From: a bacterium
GTDB lineage: Bacteria; UBA10199; 2-02-FULL-50-16; JAJFLM01
DNA length: 64,000 nt
Direction: 5' to 3'
Assembly: GCA_965216315.1 (NCBI GenBank)
Contig: CBDCFN010000016.1
Location: 672,001-736,000, forward strand
The translations under genes and the position numbers were made by a program. The notes below the pieces were generated by a model. It saw only the letters and a program-made list of their open reading frames with translations, made no database searches and had not been told where the DNA came from. Below, one piece after another: positions 13,101-26,100 of this stretch (positions are counted from its first letter, which is position 1; every line of letters starts with the position of its first letter).

Positions 13101-16100
13101 TTGCGGCTGTGGAGTCGCGGATACCGATTCGGACTCCGACGGCACACCTGATTGTAACGACAACTGTCCCGCCGATCCGGCCAAGACCGAACCGGGTGTC
13201 TGCGGTTGTGGCGTCGCGGATACGGACAGCGATTCCGATGGTACGGCGGATTGCAATGACAACTGTCCGGCCGATCCGGCGAAGACCGAGCCGGGTGTCT
13301 GCGGTTGTGGCGTCGCGGATACCGATTCGGACTCCGACGGCACACCGGACTGCAATGATAATTGTCCGGCCGATCCGGCGAAGACCGAGCCGGGAGTCTG
13401 CGGCTGTGGCGTCGCGGACACCGATTCGGACTCCGACGGCACACCTGATTGTAACGACAACTGTCCCGCCGATCCGGCGAAGACCGAGCCGGGAGTTTGC
13501 GGCTGTGGAGTCGCGGATACCGATTCGGACTCCGACGGCACACCTGATTGTAACGACAACTGTCCCGCCGATCCGGCCAAGACCGAACCGGGTGTCTGCG
13601 GTTGTGGCGTCGCGGATACGGACAGCGATTCCGATGGTACGGCGGATTGCAATGACAACTGTCCGGCCGATCCGGCGAAGACCGAGCCGGGTGTCTGCGG
13701 TTGTGGCGTCGCGGATACCGATTCGGACTCCGACGGCACACCGGACTGCAATGATAATTGTCCGGCCGATCCGGCGAAGACCGAGCCGGGAGTCTGCGGC
13801 TGTGGCGTCGCGGATACCGATTCAGACTCCGACGGCACACCTGATTGTAACGACAACTGTCCCGCCGATCCGGCCAAGACCGAACCGGGTGTCTGCGGCT
13901 GCGGTGTGAGTGATGTTGATAGTGACGGCGATGGCACGGCCGATTGTGATGATAATTGTCCCGCCGATCCGGCCAAAACCGAACCGGGTGTCTGCGGTTG
14001 TGGCGTCGCGGATACCGATTCGGACTCCGACGGCACACCTGATTGTAACGATAATTGTCCCGCCGACCCGGGCAAGACCGAGCCGGGAGTCTGCGGCTGT
14101 GGAGTCGCGGATACCGATTCGGACTCCGACGGCACACCTGATTGTAACGACAACTGTCCCGCCGATCCGGCCAAAACCGAACCGGGTGTCTGTGGCTGCG
14201 GCGTCGCGGATACCGATTCGGACTCCGACGGCACACCTGATTGTAACGATAATTGTCCCGCCGACCCGGGCAAGACCGAACCGGGTGTCTGTGGCTGCGG
14301 TGTGAGTGATGTTGATAGTGACGGCGATGGCACGGCCGATTGTGATGATAATTGTCCCGCCGATCCGGCCAAAACCGAACCGGGTGTCTGCGGTTGTGGC
14401 GTCGCGGATACCGATTCAGACTCCGACGGCACACCTGATTGTAACGACAACTGTCCCGCCGATCCGGCCAAAACCGAACCGGGAGTCTGCGGTTGTGGAG
14501 TCGCGGATACGGACAGCGATTCCGATGGTACGGCGGATTGCAATGACAACTGTCCGGCCGATCCGGCGAAGACCGATCCCGGTGTCTGCGGTTGTGGCGT
14601 CGCGGATACCGATTCGGACTCCGACGGCACACCTGATTGTAACGATAATTGTCCGGCCGATCCGGCGAAGACCGATCCGGGTGTCTGCGGTTGTGGCGTC
14701 GCGGATACCGATTCGGACTCCGACGGCACACCTGATTGTAACGATAATTGTCCCGCCGACCCGGGCAAGACCGAACCGGGTGTCTGTGGCTGCGGAGTCG
14801 CGGACACCGATTCGGACTCCGACGGCACACCTGATTGTAACGACAACTGTCCCGCCGATCCGGCGAAGACGGAACCGGGTGATTGTGGTTGCGGCATCGC
14901 GGATACCGACACGGATGGCGATGGCACCGCGGATTGCAACGATGGTTGTGTCAATGATCCGAATAAGACCGCGCCCGGCGTCTGCGGTTGTGGCACCCCG
15001 GATGACGACACGGACGGTGACGGTACCTTAGATTGTAATGACAACTGCCCAGCCGATCCGGCGAAGACCGAGCCGGGTGTCTGCGGTTGCGGCGTGGCGG
15101 ATACGGATTCCGATAGTGATGGCACATCTGATTGTAACGACAACTGCCCAGCCGATCCGAACAAGACGGAGCCGGGAGCCTGTGGCTGCGGCGTGGCGGA
15201 CACGGATTCCGATAGTGATGGCACACCTGATTGTAACGATAATTGTCCCGCCGATCCGGCGAAGACGGATCCGGGCGTCTGCGGCTGCGGAACGCCTGAT
15301 GACGACACGGACGGTGACGGTACCTTAGATTGTAATGATAATTGTCCGGCAGATCCGAATAAAACGGAGCCAGGAGCATGTGGTTGTGGCGTGGCGGATA
15401 CCGATACGGATGGTGACGGCACAGCCGACTGCAATGATAATTGCCCTGCTGATCCGGGTAAGACCGAACCGGGCGTGTGCGGCTGCGGAACGCCTGATGA
15501 CGACACGGACGGCGACGGCACCCTCGATTGTAATGATAATTGTCCCGCCGATCCGGCGAAGACCGAGCCGGGTGTCTGCGGTTGTGGCGTCGCGGATACG
15601 GACAGCGATTCCGATGGTACGGCGGATTGCAATGACAACTGTCCGGCCGATCCGGCGAAGACCGAGCCGGGTGTCTGCGGTTGTGGCGTCGCGGATACCG
15701 ATTCGGACTCCGACGGCACACCTGATTGTAACGATAATTGTCCCGCCGACCCGGGCAAGACCGAGCCGGGTGTCTGCGGTTGTGGCGTCGCGGATACCGA
15801 TTCGGACTCCGACGGCACACCGGACTGCAATGATAATTGTCCGGCCGATCCGGCGAAGACCGAGCCGGGAGTCTGCGGCTGTGGAGTCGCGGATACGGAC
15901 AGCGATTCCGATGGTACGGCGGATTGCAATGACAACTGTCCCGCCGACCCGGGCAAGACCGAACCGGGTGTCTGTGGCTGCGGAGTCGCGGACACCGATT
16001 CGGACTCCGACGGCACACCTGATTGTAACGACAACTGTCCCGCCGATCCGGCGAAGACCGAGCCGGGAGTCTGCGGTTGTGGCGTCGCGGATACGGACAG

Positions 16101-19100
16101 CGATTCCGACGGCACACCGGATTGCAATGATAATTGTCCGGCCGATCCTGCCAAGACGGATCCGGGCGTCTGTGGTTGCGGTGTGAGTGATGTTGATAGT
16201 GACGGCGATGGCACGGCCGATTGTGATGATAATTGTCCGGCCGATCCGGCGAAGACCGAGCCGGGAGTCTGCGGCTGTGGAGTCGCGGATACGGACAGCG
16301 ATTCCGATGGTACGGCGGATTGCAATGACAACTGTCCCGCCGACCCGGGCAAGACCGAACCGGGTGTCTGTGGCTGCGGAGTCGCGGACACCGATTCGGA
16401 CTCCGACGGCACACCTGATTGTAACGACAACTGTCCCGCCGATCCGGCCAAGACCGAACCGGGTGTCTGCGGTTGTGGCGTCGCGGATACGGACAGCGAT
16501 TCCGATGGTACGGCGGATTGCAATGACAACTGTCCGGCCGATCCGGCGAAGACCGAGCCGGGTGTCTGCGGTTGTGGAGTCGCGGATACGGACAGCGATT
16601 CCGATGGTACGGCGGATTGTAACGACAACTGTCCGGCCGATCCTGCCAAGACGGATCCGGGCGTCTGTGGTTGCGGCATAGCAGATACCGATTCAGACTC
16701 TGATGGAACCCCGGATTGTAACGACAACTGTCCCGCCGACCCGGGCAAGACCGAACCGGGTGTCTGTGGCTGCGGAGTCGCGGACACCGATTCGGACTCC
16801 GACGGCACACCTGATTGTAACGACAACTGTCCCGCCGATCCTGCCAAGACCGAACCGGGTGTCTGCGGTTGTGGCGTCGCGGATACGGACAGCGATTCCG
16901 ACGGAACACCGGACTGCAATGATAATTGTCCGGCCGATCCTGCCAAGACCGAGCCGGGAGTTTGCGGCTGTGGAGTCGCGGATACCGATTCGGACTCCGA
17001 CGGCACACCTGATTGTAACGACAACTGTCCCGCCGATCCGGCGAAGACCGAGCCGGGAGTTTGCGGCTGTGGAGTCGCGGATACCGATTCGGACTCCGAC
17101 GGCACACCTGATTGTAACGACAACTGTCCCGCCGATCCGGCCAAGACCGAACCGGGTGTCTGCGGTTGTGGCGTCGCGGATACGGACAGCGATTCCGATG
17201 GTACGGCGGATTGCAATGACAACTGTCCGGCCGATCCGGCGAAGACCGAGCCGGGTGTCTGCGGTTGTGGCGTCGCGGATACCGATTCGGACTCCGACGG
17301 CACACCGGACTGCAATGATAATTGTCCGGCCGATCCGGCGAAGACCGAGCCGGGAGTCTGCGGCTGTGGCGTCGCGGACACCGATTCGGACTCCGACGGC
17401 ACACCTGATTGTAACGACAACTGTCCCGCCGATCCGGCGAAGACCGAGCCGGGAGTTTGCGGCTGTGGAGTCGCGGATACCGATTCGGACTCCGACGGCA
17501 CACCTGATTGTAACGACAACTGTCCCGCCGATCCGGCCAAGACCGAACCGGGTGTCTGCGGTTGTGGCGTCGCGGATACGGACAGCGATTCCGATGGTAC
17601 GGCGGATTGCAATGACAACTGTCCGGCCGATCCGGCGAAGACCGAGCCGGGTGTCTGCGGTTGTGGCGTCGCGGATACCGATTCGGACTCCGACGGCACA
17701 CCGGACTGCAATGATAATTGTCCGGCCGATCCGGCGAAGACCGAGCCGGGAGTCTGCGGCTGTGGCGTCGCGGATACCGATTCAGACTCCGACGGCACAC
17801 CTGATTGTAACGACAACTGTCCCGCCGATCCGGCCAAGACCGAACCGGGTGTCTGCGGTTGTGGCGTCGCGGATACGGACAGCGATTCCGATGGTACGGC
17901 GGATTGCAATGACAACTGTCCGGCCGATCCGGCGAAGACCGAGCCGGGTGTCTGCGGTTGTGGCGTCGCGGATACCGATTCGGACTCCGACGGCACACCT
18001 GATTGTAACGATAATTGTCCCGCCGACCCGGGCAAGACCGAGCCGGGTGTCTGCGGTTGTGGCGTCGCGGATACCGATTCGGACTCCGACGGCACACCGG
18101 ACTGCAATGATAATTGTCCGGCCGATCCGGCGAAGACCGAGCCGGGAGTCTGCGGCTGTGGCGTCGCGGATACCGATTCAGACTCCGACGGCACACCTGA
18201 TTGTAACGATAATTGTCCCGCCGACCCGGGCAAGACCGAACCGGGTGTCTGTGGCTGCGGTGTGAGTGATGTTGATAGTGACGGCGATGGCACGGCCGAT
18301 TGTGATGATAATTGTCCCGCCGATCCGGCCAAAACCGAACCGGGTGTCTGCGGTTGTGGCGTCGCGGATACCGATTCAGACTCCGACGGCACACCTGATT
18401 GTAACGATAATTGTCCCGCCGACCCGGGCAAGACCGAACCGGGAGTCTGCGGTTGTGGAGTCGCGGATACGGACAGCGATTCCGATGGTACGGCGGATTG
18501 CAATGACAACTGTCCGGCCGATCCTGCCAAGACGGATCCGGGCGTCTGTGGTTGCGGCATAGCAGATACCGATTCAGACTCTGATGGAACCCCGGATTGT
18601 AACGACAACTGTCCCGCCGACCCGGGCAAGACCGAACCGGGTGTCTGTGGCTGCGGTGTGAGTGATGTTGATAGTGACGGCGATGGCACGGCCGATTGCA
18701 ATGACAACTGTCCCGCCGATCCGGCCAAAACCGAACCGGGTGTCTGCGGTTGTGGCGTCGCGGATACGGACAGCGATTCCGATGGTACGGCGGATTGCAA
18801 TGACAACTGTCCGGCCGATCCTGCCAAGACCGAACCGGGTGTCTGCGGTTGTGGCGTCGCGGATACGGACAGCGATTCCGACGGAACACCGGACTGCAAT
18901 GATAATTGTCCGGCCGATCCTGCCAAGACCGAGCCGGGAGTTTGCGGCTGTGGAGTCGCGGATACCGATTCGGACTCCGACGGCACACCTGATTGTAACG
19001 ACAACTGTCCCGCCGATCCGGCGAAGACCGAGCCGGGAGTTTGCGGCTGTGGAGTCGCGGATACGGACAGCGATTCCGATGGTACGGCGGATTGCAATGA

Positions 19101-19848
19101 CAACTGTCCCGCCGATCCGGCCAAAACCGAACCGGGTGTCTGCGGTTGTGGCGTCGCGGATACGGACAGCGATTCCGACGGAACACCGGATTGCAACGAC
19201 AACTGTCCCGCGGATCCGGCGAAGACCGAACCCGGCGTCTGTGGCTGCGGTGTCAGTGATGTCGACACCGATGGGGATGGCTCCGCTGATTGCAATGATT
19301 GCGATGATTCCAATCCGGATGTCTATCCCGGTAATACTGAGAGTTGCGATGGCATCGATAATGATTGTGACGGCGATAGCGACGAAGACTTTACCGATCT
19401 CGGTGATGCGTGCTCAGCGGGCGTTGGTGAATGTCTGAATGTGGGAATAATCGTCTGTACAGCGGATGGCAATGGCACTGAGTGTAATGCGGTCGCCGGA
19501 ACACCGCCAGAACCCATCGAGGTCAGTTGTGCTGACGGCCTCGACAATGACTGTGATGCGGCCGTGGATAGTTTAGATAGCGATTGCGATCCAGGTGGAG
19601 TTTCTGTCTCCGATTGTCTGGCCGCAATTGATGACGCCACGTGGAAGAATTTCGGTTCTGAAAATGCAGCCATTCATGTTTGTGAAAATATGATTAACCA
19701 TTATAATGACGGTAACTGTGGTGGTACTTTAGGAAACCTGACCGCGTTATATAATATCGGCAGAAAACAAATTCAGTCCGGTCAACAGCAGTATACGGAT
19801 ACGTTGGATAGTATCGGAGTGCATGTCAATAGCACCATATGTCAATGA
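1165..19848 (+). CDS. giant 6227-aa Cys/Asp-rich secreted/surface protein: thrombospondin type-3-like Ca-binding repeats, MopE-like CDGxDNDC repeats, 3 LamG-like domains, 4 discoidin/F5-8C-like domains, 33-aa tandem array
   Basis: Single uninterrupted ORF with SD GGGGAG at 1155-1160. DxDxDGxGDxCDNCP repeats. LamG-like segments at ~2250-2960, ~3120-3750 and ~11755-12325 ([11 protein letters not shown]/YxGxxDE). Discoidin-like segments (AFDG..W, YRYYRxE) at ~4310-4790, ~5220-5700, ~6210-6650 and ~6970-7505. EICDGxDNxCD motifs. Confidence 0.92.
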   Translation: MVSEESAEDGCSSPSGKSKSKHIIWRRFRRKVAKKRQLAKRIALQSINIGTRFITVLMMTVLPVSAPRTLPQRIVESNIYQAIDEGEPVTWSEVREDFESATELATESLGYPKAHAATLYGPTPYFETCDGPFDLAGLNTDAYLEDFEDGLLNTPGLAANVGNIVSPGSSADSVDNDDGTIDGSGNGGYSWFYGTGTAGIEFTFDPIAIGWTPTYAGVVWTDGVDSINVEFFSDTGCTTSIGLIGPENHADGSFNGATAEDRFYGIEDSGGIGCIHVWGGSGGIEVDHVLYGQSSGGAATCSVCGDSTCDADEDEFNCGDDCGTCGDLFCDPDLLEDDISCSVDCADSGGNCVSTLTNPDDANFVSWWDGDLTGSSIAVDLIGGNDGTLVNAATTEPGIVGDAFRTSDESAIRIGDDPSLTVGSAMTVQAWVKLDPGGSGVIFSDHYGCERYESIHLSSSQFILNSANSSSATYRKTLSFSQPLSEDIWHHVVAVWDGTTPAAEEMRVYIDGELDGTLSLPGFTPWDPANNYAIGGYNTDGTSTCTGHAFLSEFEGLIDEVAVFNRVLSGPVTDCVADDPPDPNNRTEICKLYFAASTGICAPADTDNDGVPDTADACPNTPALDPVNATGCPDAACLPITLGGGGADLTPAFVAWWSGDSDASDYVSGYDGTFQGNASSDPSGFVDGAFDFDATSLDSVDMPLLPVTDLLKTNFTVNFWVNPGSTADRPTWGFTGSGSNNNLNPFASYDTGVSFGDGAGSQLIYQSSEYDFDAPASTWTHYAIVDDGTSYRIYRDGVLQYNEAITTDPGATSSRNFTIGQSGFISGFADHFTGLIDEFQIFNRALTPKELRAIYMAGSEGVCKADDDWDGIQDTTDNCPLDYNPGQEDVLDSDGVGDVCDNCPNDPNGPLLGPNNQLDTDGDGQGDVCDLDDDGDGLSDIDEGSAGTDPLNPDTDGDGSIDGDEVANGTDPLDPDTDNDGSPDGSDSDPFNPNVCSDDDEDGCEDCSSGTYDLANDGTDTDSDTICDVNDNCPTDANPGQEDEDTPFDATSGLPSTAFSDDRHYVNSPSYAADKAFDGNVTSSGFASGTPPNLSAQPVIVDVDFGVNNERRVEAYDFLKSNAQSSFGGTFYRPRTWNIYGCDDAACASSTLLHSVADDPFALDVFHSYTFSNPNSYRYYRIEFFYTTDTTGGGSSSQWVALTEARLRATGDGVGDVCDNCPNDANGPLLGPNDQLDTDSDGVGDVCDNCVNDANGPLLGPNDQLDTDGDGEGDVCDLDDDNDGLSDVDEGTAGTDPLNPDTDGDGRTDGEEVASGTNPLDPDTDGDTLNDNDDNCPLIANLAQTDSDPGATDVTTGLPNGLLVSAPLGHYNATTVVENLFDTDNLGTGWANDASPPISTGVAQIDLDFGSGNAQVIAGYELEKSNVMNGGWGSTIYRPKSWSLIASNSSDFSSPVVLHTVTDHPFPQTTSTTPAVNAFHFTNNVAYRYYRLEITDAYNASWVALTGARLLGQGDCPIPLAGAFCGDICDPDDDNDGVSDVDEGVLGSDPFDNLSCGDSDGDACDDCSIGVDGGGPLPDNDPANDGPDADSDGFCDSFDQCDDDPYKAAPGTCGCGFPDEDQDSDTTLDCLDNCPHNPISTGDTDGDCSTALPGINCGDACDNCPSLSNPDQLDSEMFLSVNNLATGGTVTASSNYSGALPAEAFDGIAGANGWANAGNDLPAWIQYNYTPGSGKIITAYKIYSPTNMPSFGSAIYHPNSWIVYGCFAPCTDLVKLHEVTDVTVTQDQFDLFTIPFNITPYDSYRFEFSAGSFGSSQWKIAGEIELLGPEGGDGIGDVCDVDDDNDTVNDVDDSDPLDNLVCRDLDADTCDDCSSGVDAPDNDGIDTDNDGLCDLGDACPLDLDNDVDGDGVCGEADNCPEDANPGQEDTDGCTLGTDLAVGGTAHAICTDATTGVVYDNCTYSGTTYAADKAFDKNTSTTWANNFRLPSTLEYDFVAPTTVDTFRFFRSSSGFNSINYAPNRYQIEACTDGLDADGSPNPANTDCSENQYWRILWSFDDGSTTPVQNTWYERYFYNTTAFQRYRVNVSHTWGTRASTPIVNGYLNFHEVEYSLSCDGGDACDDDDDNDGVLDVDDTDPLDPFICEDTENGVGDGCDDCAVGTDQLGPLADNDPLNDGPDADSDGICDAGDNCPAQANSDQLDTDGDGLGDACETDADNDGVADGSDPAPLDPTICGLDVDGDTCDDCSIGVDGFGPLPDNDASNDGTDTDGDGLCDAGDPDDDDDTIPDGSDSDPLNPNICQDLDGDSCDDCAVTGGPPDISNDGTDTDGDGLCDAGDPDDDEDGDPDTSDCAPLDPAIYTGQTELGCNGIDENCNGMADDTTVDADGDSVACATDSDDGNGNVCGLDVDADTCDDCTSGTNDPANDGPDFDGDGLCDAGDTDDDQDGDPDVSDCAPQDPLIFTGQVELGCNGIDENCNGMADDTTVDADGDSVACASDSDDGNANVCGLDADSDTCDDCTSGTNDPLNDGIDTDGDGFCNAGDLDDDADGDPDTTDCAPLDPLIYTGQVEIGCNGIDENCNGMTDDTLVDADGDGVACSADSDDGNSNVCGFDADADTCDDCTSGTNDPANDGPDFDGDGLCDAGDPDDDDDTVLDGDDNFPLDPFQCRDVDLDTCDDCSSGTDDVANDGPDADSDGTCDAGDLCPADPLKIDPGTCGCGVVDGSDGDGDGEICDTDCDDADPNNYNGNTEICDGADNNCDSSVDELWPTLGNACDGVGECGAGVIECATDTTTQCSTDPGGSADESQPETCDGLDNDCNGFTDEHGQQTCYADVDTDTFGDPLAPANFCSDTPDFTQYNIGGAVGSIDQSTPGTMEVCGTGTMGFPGNFSESLVLAAVPMTGNFDVSVRAANFTANGGTGPFPHQALMVYEDPLVTRARSISLLRASWSNVTVAVVRPVTNAANFSYALNSSPDASLPRYWRIQRLGDDFNLFTSLDGLSWTLEHTETLALNSTVYVGVHSAGGDGSADCVTVDTMQGFPLQGTESCPSGFVSDNTDCDDGDANNFPGNPEICDGADNDCDTVADNGTLDTDSDGTCDDIDSDQDNDGIANVSDPAPLDPDICGDSDLDTCDDCVIGTDDFGPSSDSTPGNDGTDTDADGLCDAGDSDIDNDGIANASDPAPLDPDICGDSDLDTCDDCAVGTDDFGPASDSDPANDGLDTDGDGICDLGDACPSDANKTVPGVCGCGVADIDTDSDGTLDCNDNCPADPAKTEPGQCGCGNADTDSDGDGTADCNDNCPADPGKTDPGVCGCGVPDDDTDGDGTLDCNDNCPADPAKTEPGQCGCGNADTDSDSDGTADCNDLCPADPAKIDPGVCGCGIPDTDSDGDTVYDCNDVCPGFDDNLDSDSDGIADGCDACPNDPDNDVDSDTVCGDLDNCPDDANLGQEDFDGDTLGDACDPDDDNDGIDDPFDGDPLDGTVCTDSDGDTCDDCNSGTFDPSNDGIDTDADGLCDLSDNCSSDVNPMQLNGYWDFEGDFIDSSGSGHDGTNFGATLINDGSGPSGEFARFDGNDYVTMDSLMSNLQNGERVVISLQFRTNQTFKGILGFYEPIGAPGTGNGLIIALATDGRLRLFTEPSGEVIYGSLSYADNEWHQLHVVIASDGAASVEVDGVDLGTQSLTPLQYNNWTRAVVGQDWDGATPSDFYVGDLDEVRVSSGQLDTDLDGQGDACDGCPADPAKTEPGVCGCGVADTDSDSDGTADCNDNCPADPAKTEPGVCGCGVADTDSDSDGTADCNDNCPADPAKTEPGVCGCGVADTDSDSDGTADCNDNCPADPAKTDPGVCGCGVSDVDSDGDGTADCDDNCPADPAKTEPGVCGCGVADTDSDSDGTPDCNDNCPADPAKTEPGVCGCGVADTDSDSDGTADCNDNCPADPAKTEPGVCGCGVADTDSDSDGTADCNDNCPADPAKTEPGVCGCGVADTDSDSDGTPDCNDNCPADPAKTEPGVCGCGVADTDSDSDGTADCNDNCPADPAKTEPGVCGCGVADTDSDSDGTPDCNDNCPADPAKTEPGVCGCGVADTDSDSDGTPDCNDNCPADPAKTEPGVCGCGVADTDSDSDGTPDCNDNCPADPAKTEPGVCGCGVADTDSDSDGTADCNDNCPADPAKTEPGVCGCGVADTDSDSDGTPDCNDNCPADPAKTEPGVCGCGVADTDSDSDGTPDCNDNCPADPAKTEPGVCGCGVSDVDSDGDGTADCDDNCPADPAKTEPGVCGCGVADTDSDSDGTPDCNDNCPADPGKTEPGVCGCGVADTDSDSDGTPDCNDNCPADPAKTEPGVCGCGVADTDSDSDGTPDCNDNCPADPGKTEPGVCGCGVSDVDSDGDGTADCDDNCPADPAKTEPGVCGCGVADTDSDSDGTPDCNDNCPADPAKTEPGVCGCGVADTDSDSDGTADCNDNCPADPAKTDPGVCGCGVADTDSDSDGTPDCNDNCPADPAKTDPGVCGCGVADTDSDSDGTPDCNDNCPADPGKTEPGVCGCGVADTDSDSDGTPDCNDNCPADPAKTEPGDCGCGIADTDTDGDGTADCNDGCVNDPNKTAPGVCGCGTPDDDTDGDGTLDCNDNCPADPAKTEPGVCGCGVADTDSDSDGTSDCNDNCPADPNKTEPGACGCGVADTDSDSDGTPDCNDNCPADPAKTDPGVCGCGTPDDDTDGDGTLDCNDNCPADPNKTEPGACGCGVADTDTDGDGTADCNDNCPADPGKTEPGVCGCGTPDDDTDGDGTLDCNDNCPADPAKTEPGVCGCGVADTDSDSDGTADCNDNCPADPAKTEPGVCGCGVADTDSDSDGTPDCNDNCPADPGKTEPGVCGCGVADTDSDSDGTPDCNDNCPADPAKTEPGVCGCGVADTDSDSDGTADCNDNCPADPGKTEPGVCGCGVADTDSDSDGTPDCNDNCPADPAKTEPGVCGCGVADTDSDSDGTPDCNDNCPADPAKTDPGVCGCGVSDVDSDGDGTADCDDNCPADPAKTEPGVCGCGVADTDSDSDGTADCNDNCPADPGKTEPGVCGCGVADTDSDSDGTPDCNDNCPADPAKTEPGVCGCGVADTDSDSDGTADCNDNCPADPAKTEPGVCGCGVADTDSDSDGTADCNDNCPADPAKTDPGVCGCGIADTDSDSDGTPDCNDNCPADPGKTEPGVCGCGVADTDSDSDGTPDCNDNCPADPAKTEPGVCGCGVADTDSDSDGTPDCNDNCPADPAKTEPGVCGCGVADTDSDSDGTPDCNDNCPADPAKTEPGVCGCGVADTDSDSDGTPDCNDNCPADPAKTEPGVCGCGVADTDSDSDGTADCNDNCPADPAKTEPGVCGCGVADTDSDSDGTPDCNDNCPADPAKTEPGVCGCGVADTDSDSDGTPDCNDNCPADPAKTEPGVCGCGVADTDSDSDGTPDCNDNCPADPAKTEPGVCGCGVADTDSDSDGTADCNDNCPADPAKTEPGVCGCGVADTDSDSDGTPDCNDNCPADPAKTEPGVCGCGVADTDSDSDGTPDCNDNCPADPAKTEPGVCGCGVADTDSDSDGTADCNDNCPADPAKTEPGVCGCGVADTDSDSDGTPDCNDNCPADPGKTEPGVCGCGVADTDSDSDGTPDCNDNCPADPAKTEPGVCGCGVADTDSDSDGTPDCNDNCPADPGKTEPGVCGCGVSDVDSDGDGTADCDDNCPADPAKTEPGVCGCGVADTDSDSDGTPDCNDNCPADPGKTEPGVCGCGVADTDSDSDGTADCNDNCPADPAKTDPGVCGCGIADTDSDSDGTPDCNDNCPADPGKTEPGVCGCGVSDVDSDGDGTADCNDNCPADPAKTEPGVCGCGVADTDSDSDGTADCNDNCPADPAKTEPGVCGCGVADTDSDSDGTPDCNDNCPADPAKTEPGVCGCGVADTDSDSDGTPDCNDNCPADPAKTEPGVCGCGVADTDSDSDGTADCNDNCPADPAKTEPGVCGCGVADTDSDSDGTPDCNDNCPADPAKTEPGVCGCGVSDVDTDGDGSADCNDCDDSNPDVYPGNTESCDGIDNDCDGDSDEDFTDLGDACSAGVGECLNVGIIVCTADGNGTECNAVAGTPPEPIEVSCADGLDNDCDAAVDSLDSDCDPGGVSVSDCLAAIDDATWKNFGSENAAIHVCENMINHYNDGNCGGTLGNLTALYNIGRKQIQSGQQQYTDTLDSIGVHVNSTICQ
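8150..9130 (+). repeat. three tandem 309-bp (103-aa) coding repeats
   Basis: The [27 protein letters not shown] unit recurs at 8221, 8530 and 8839. Boundaries are approximate. Confidence 0.8.
10870..11364 (+). repeat. five diverged copies of the 99-bp (33-aa) [11 protein letters not shown] repeat
   Basis: Cys-Pro codons recur every 99 nt from 10870 to 11365. Confidence 0.85.
12373..19302 (+). repeat. 70 tandem 99-bp coding repeats ([33 protein letters not shown])
   Basis: First unit TGT at 12373, second at 12472, last at 19204: (19204-12373)/99=69 intervals. No spacers. Confidence 0.95.
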
Positions 19849-19862
19849 AAGGAGGCGAGACC

Positions 19863-20168
19863 ATGAGTGTTGTAGGTAGGTTCATCGTATTAATCAGTAT
19901 GATATTTTTTCTTGCGGCAGGGCCTGTCTATGCGGATGAAGATGCAGTTATCGCTACGGTCAATGCAGAATATGATGCTGGAAATATTGAGACGCGAACT
20001 GTACGCGACAATATGATATTGATGCTGAATGATGCCAAGTATGCGGCTGATGTTGACGAACATATCGCGTTGGTTGACGCATTTCGTATCATGGTCTCGT
20101 CTTTTTCAGGAGATACGGTAACTACTGACGCGGCAACTCGCATACTTGCCGCAGCATCGAATCTTTAA
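19863..20168 (+). CDS. small secreted helical protein, FIMAH-like domain
   Basis: Strong SD AAAGGAGG at 19848-19855 favours ATG 19863. Signal peptide ends in VYA. The mature part (GNI...L..L..A......F...V....G..V....A..I..AA..L) resembles the FIMAH helical bundle pattern by eye. Confidence 0.75.
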   Translation: MSVVGRFIVLISMIFFLAAGPVYADEDAVIATVNAEYDAGNIETRTVRDNMILMLNDAKYAADVDEHIALVDAFRIMVSSFSGDTVTTDAATRILAAASNL

Positions 20169-20171
20169 TCT

Positions 20172-23100
20172 TTATGGAATGCGTCGGACTTCCCCAACGC
20201 GGTAATCGATTGCCCGACCGCTGGTCCAGGCCTCGCGATTGCCCGTGCGTTGATATTCCAATGTCGAAGAGACCAGTGCTTCCATGAAATTAACGACACC
20301 CGCGCGGCCCGTATCTGCGACCGTTCCGGTGTTGTCACTGCCGGACGGGCCTGAGTTAAGGATACCGGCGCGGAAGACCCAGTGACCACCGCCCTCGGCG
20401 GGGATGATCAGCCACCAGCCGGTGTTATCGAGGAAGTCGTCGAGGCCCGGAGAAGCCTCGAGACGCCAGGCCGAGAGACGGCCGACCGTGTTGACGGTTT
20501 CGGCGCTGGGTATGCTGCTGATGAGATAATCAAGAGCCAGTCCGCCAGGCAGAGAAATTGTTGAACTTGTGTAGGCACGTGCCGGATCAACGGTGCCGCT
20601 ACTCAGTGTTGGTGAAGGCACATTATCGGCACGGCTGAAGTTGCCCGCGTCGAGTCGATCATAGTCTTCAGCATGATGGATCGTGTCGATGAAGCGGTCG
20701 ATATCAACTGTGGTGTCGCTTCCATTCCACTCGAGCGTTTCCGGGACGTAATAAATGTTGAGCGAATCGACCGTATCACCCTGGCGGCGACTATCCTGAG
20801 AGATATTCGGATGAAAACGGTCGTCTTCGAAGACCAACACATCACCGAAATGATTGCTGCCGCGCATTTCAGTTGAACGGTTCTTGATGTGTTCGATAGT
20901 CAATAAATAGCGTTCCGTTGCTGATCCAAAGTCGGAGGCGATATCGCTCATCACGCTCGGCGGATTCAGCATGGTGGTGGCGAGGGCCATAAAGGCATCG
21001 GCACTGAGTTGAGTGTCCAGTCCGGAACTGGTGCGGAGTTCCTCGATGGGAATTTCCCGCGCCCGCATCCAGCGATTGAAGTCAGCTTCCGGGACCCCTA
21101 ATCGATCCACTAAGTACGGTCGGACATCACCTTCTTGAGCGGTTTCACCGATCGTCAAGATGGGCAGTTCCGTGGTTTCGCTGACGCCCATGGTCAAGAA
21201 GTCGACACGGCGGACGGTACTTGTTTCGGTTGAGCTTGTTGAATCATAAGGTAGCTCCGTGCGAATGTCGCGTGCTGTTGCACCCGGCGTGCGAATCAGA
21301 GCAAGGATATTTCCGGCCGTGACGGCGTAACGATTGGTCGAGTGGCGGGTGACACTGCTTTGCGGTGGTTCAAGGGCGCGTAGTGATCCGTTTAAGAAGC
21401 CTTCCCAGGTAATGCTTGGTTCCGTGCTGATGCGAGTCCGCGGAAAAGGGAGCTCATGGTCGGGTCCGTTAAAATCGGAATGTTCGTCAAAGACGACGAG
21501 GGTTCCATTGTCGACCGCTGCCCCCGTATCCGGGTCAATCGCGCCGGTGACCGGGATGAGACGGACGGTTCGGGTGTAAGCCTCCATGTCGTTGTCTTCG
21601 CTCGGTGTCATGTGAAAATGAATAATGCGGATATTGCCTTCGGTGCGTGTCGAGGTCGTGATTGTATAATCATAGTCGTTTAAGAGCTCACCTGTTGATG
21701 AAGAACCCGTTACGTTGACGTCATCCGTCCAGTGATCCCATGTGCCCATATTGGCAACATTGGTGAGAACCGCTTCGACCTCGGCTGGTGTTGCCGGCAG
21801 AATGGAGAGAAGCTGCATATCGCTACCGTCACCTTCCGACACGCTGTGATAATCATCGTTGCGGAAGATATGGCCATGGACGGGAAGTTGATTCCCTGAG
21901 TGGGTCAAGAGGTTGCCAAGGCTGCGCCGTACATTCGCGAGTGCGATTAATCCGCGGAGATCAAACTGGCGATGGGTTCCTCGCTCGGCCGTGGGGACGT
22001 TAAAGTAAGAATAGAGGAAGCTTTGTAAGTCGTCTTCTGAGTAGTGACTGCTGATCGCGGCGTCGCTGCGGACGGTACTGATAACTTCCGGGACTTCAAT
22101 GCGCAGATCACGCAGGATGGCATCGACATCGCTCCGGGGAATGCCTAAGGCCTCTTGCAGGATGCCAGGGACTTCCGAATGAATGGCCGGCGTTCCGCCT
22201 TCTTCGGCGGTTTGCGTAAAATATAAGGTAGGCGTTCCGGTTTGCTGATCCGACCAGACAACGGCCGGGCAGTCACTGGCGGTACAAACCGGAGGCGCGG
22301 GGAGGGCGCGTCGCACATCCAGTACCCCCTCCAAGGCCGTGCTCAGATTACCGAGCAGGTTGGCATCGGCAGTTAGGGTCACGTCTAGGGGCCCCGTCAT
22401 ATTGACGAAGATGTCGCCGCTTCCTGGCGGAATCGAGCGGCCCGTTGCGCGCTGGACGTTGGCGTGGGCTTCAGAGAGCCGCATCATATGAGTTTGTCCC
22501 TCGAGATCGCTTTGATATGTCGTCCACCGAGCACGATCCCAAGTAAAGAACTCCTCAAAGGTCGCCGGCGGAGTCGGCAGCGTCGGGGTCGGCGGTGTCG
22601 CCGTAAACCGGACTTCGTTGGTTGTTGGGTTAAAATGGACCTGGAGTCCGGGAATATGGGCCAGGGTGTCCAGGTTGGTCAGGTCGAGTTGCAGGGGCTG
22701 GCGGACATGACCGTCTACTTCAGAGTTAACGTTTAAGTCGCTGACATTGATAGTGATTTCTCCGTCGGGTGAAATCGAGCCGGTCACGCCGGCCGAGCTT
22801 TCGCTGCTGCCCGTAATGACGATCGTGTCGTCGGCCTCACCGACCGAGAAGGTCAGGCGGACCTGGCGTGGATCTCCATCGGGTCCCGGCAGCGTTTCAA
22901 ATTGGATCCCATCCGTTGGGTTGGCCGAAACACTCACCTGCTGGCCTTGGGGGTCCTGGTGAAAGTTAATATTGAGATCCGAGAACTCGCCTTCGTCGCC
23001 TTCAAAACCGGCAATCTCGAGGCTGGGGATGAAAATTTCCGGCGTGTCATCGCCGCTGCCAACGCTCGGAAGATTCCAGGTGCTGCTGATACTCGGATTG

Positions 23101-26100
23101 CTCGGGTCTCTCATGTCGACATCGATTTCACCGCGAAAGCCGCGGATTGGAATATTAAGGCGTGCGCCGGTTCCGACCGTAATCCCTTTGACTTCGAAGC
23201 CTTCGGTAATGCTACCACTCAAAACCGTTTCGGGGACATCGAGCTCAAAGTGGGCGCGGCCATCACGCATGTTGCCGCTGACGTTATAGGCCGTTGTCAT
23301 GTTGACGGTTCCGGAACCGATGACGTCGCCGTCGGCGTTGCGCGCGGTAACGGTCAAGTCGCCCGTTAAGGTGTAAGGATCGCTCGGAGTGCGCAGTCGC
23401 ATATTGGGACGCGCCAGATCAGAAATATCTAAAGAAGCCCGCACTTCTCCGGTCGGAGTGAGGTGACCCGTGATTTCATAGGTGATGCCGTCCTGGGTAT
23501 GGCTAAAGTTGACATCAAAGCCTTCGGGAGGCCGGACGCGTATGCTCATCTCGGCATTGTGGCCATCGATACGAACGCGACCGCGTGAGCTGCCACTGCC
23601 CGCATCAATGTCGATCGTTCCACCGGCGACATCAATCGTCTGATCACTTAATGGAATGCGGACGTGATACTCCGCCTCCGGGCTATCCGTCTGTATTCCC
23701 GTGATCTCGGCACTGGCGCGGGCAGTCAGCAAGGTCGTGCCGTCACTGACGACACGCATGACACTTTGCATGGGGAATGAAATCGAATCGACTTCCGTAA
23801 AATTATAGTAAGAGCGTCCCGCGCAGACACACATCTCATCAGCACTGGCATCCTCCATGACGTGAATGCTGTCAGGATCGATCTGAATTTCCGAGACATC
23901 AACGCGGGTTTGTGAAACACCACTGACACCTAAACGGTCACTTAGGTTGGTAACGCCGATGAAATCACCGGCGGCACTGAGTAGCGCGCCCATGTGGTTA
24001 TTGACGTGGGCTTGAATACGTAGCTGGCCGGCTTCGTTGTCGGAGATTTCCAGGGTTCCACCGCTCATCAAGGTGTTGGTGCTGCCGCCACTGATTTGGC
24101 GGACCGTTCCGCCTCGTAGTTCAAGGCGAATACCTCCGACTTGGGGCATCCAGTTGACGGGCGGGGCGTCTTCCGGGGCATCCGGAGCCGCTGACGTATT
24201 AATAAGTTCGACCGTTCCGACAAGCTGGCCGGTGAGCTCAAACGTACCTTGTGGGGTCGTGACGCGCAGGCCGTTGACCTGCGTGTTCACGCGGGCGGTT
24301 GCACAAAGGCCGAACTCAAGTCCGTCGCGGTCGCTGGTAATATTGATTCCTGGCGGTAGGACGTCGCCGTTAAACTCAGCCGTTGCGGCATCCCCAAACG
24401 TGCCTTCAGGGGCGTTGATCGCAATATCATCCCATTGACCAATGATCGCACCGCTGATGCTATTGATGCTGAGCTCGCGCCAACTATAACCCTCGTCGTT
24501 GGAGAAGTCGTGAATGCTGAGGTTGCTACGAAAATCTATATTCTGGTCATTGCCATCGACGTTGCCTTCGACGTGCGCGGTAAGCGGGATTTCTGCATCC
24601 ATACGATCTTCCTGGATCGTAAAGGTTCCGTCCGTAATTGAGATTGAGGCATCAGAACTGATCGCAAGGGTGCGCTCATCCGAGGGGCTGACGGTGCCGG
24701 CCAGATCATCGACGTTGATTGTGCCGTTAATCGTGCCGGAGAGTTGGTCAACGCCAAGCGGCGAATCGGGATTGATAGAAATGTTAGGATCCAACACAAT
24801 GCGTACGTCTTCGAGGCCGAGATAACCGCGATCGATCGCAACCGGGACGGGCGTCGGGTAGGCCCCGGTCGGCAGGGCAAAGCGACCGCCCATCTCGATC
24901 GTGATTGCCGTATCGTCGGCGACGACATCGAGATGACCGCGTTGTTCACCGCCGAAAGTCATGCCATCGACGGTGACGGGATCCATGTCGAGGTTCATGC
25001 TCGCGTGCAGCTCACCGCTGACTTCGACGGCACGCGGGTTGTCGGGGTCGTTGCCCGTATAATTGATTGAAAAATGTTCGGCACTCAGGGCGAGGTGATT
25101 GGCGCCATGCTCTTCAGCGCCGCGGCGAATACGCAAGGCAGGGAAATCCAGTCCTGAAATGACCGGGACGACAATGTCGCCATTGACGGTCATTTGCCCG
25201 TTGAGCGACACATGCGCCATTAAGTCTTCGGGGGTGCGCGTTGGAAACAGTCCCTTGAGTTGGGTCTCAATGCTCATGTCACCGGAAGCGGGCAGCGTAA
25301 TCTCTTGATCACCGACTTGGACGGAGGCAATGCTGAAACTCGTATCGAGATGGGCCTTGAGTTCACGTTGATGCCGCAGGTTAGCGAGTGTCGTCGCATC
25401 ACGTTCGCCGTTTTCCCAGGCTTCGAGTTCGGGGTTGTGGTAACTTACGTCGAAACCGAGCGCGTTATTGCCTTCGCCAAAATTAACCGTCATGGCGGGA
25501 TTGCCCATGATGGAAGGAATCTCAAGCTGATCGCCGGTCGCCTCTAAATCGCCGTTTAGTTTGACGTTGCGCACGATTGACAACGGATCATTTTGTAACC
25601 AAGTCGGGACGTTGCTGAGGTCAAAATTGGGATCCGGTCGACAACCGCGCGGGGCGGCAGCATGGAATATATCCGTTCCGAAGGCCTCGTGCGCTTGAGT
25701 GAGAAACTCGTCACCGATGCCGACCATTCTTTCGTTACTTAAATTGTAGGTCGTGGCATAAAATTGTTTGAACTCATCAAAGTTCATTAGACTGATTTCC
25801 GTCTGACGGCGCAGTAATTCACTGCGGGCGTAATCGACGTCGGTCACCGACGATTGAAAGATCTGACTGTAAAGTTCCAGTATTCCTGCTTCACTGACGC
25901 GTTGGTTTGCCGTGGCCATTTCTGCGGACAACGCCAGCAGAGACGAGACTGACCAGGAAGAGGGGAGACCATTATCGCGCAATGCAGTGGCGACAGGAAA
26001 AGTTTCAGTGACGCTGCTGCGGTTATCCGAATTGCAGACGAGTTCGCCGCCGGCATTGAGACCGTAGGGAAAAACATAGGGATTGTCGCCGACAATGCGG

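Noticed and set aside
12373..19302. CRISPR array
   Set aside because: The units are contiguous and coding, vary mainly at synonymous sites, have no unique spacers, and there are no cas genes.
12317..19438. Very long alternative-frame and antisense ORFs (2320, 1411, 837 aa and others)
   Set aside because: They are shadows of the 99-bp repeat, which lacks stops in several frames. Only the + frame continues the Cys/Asp protein.
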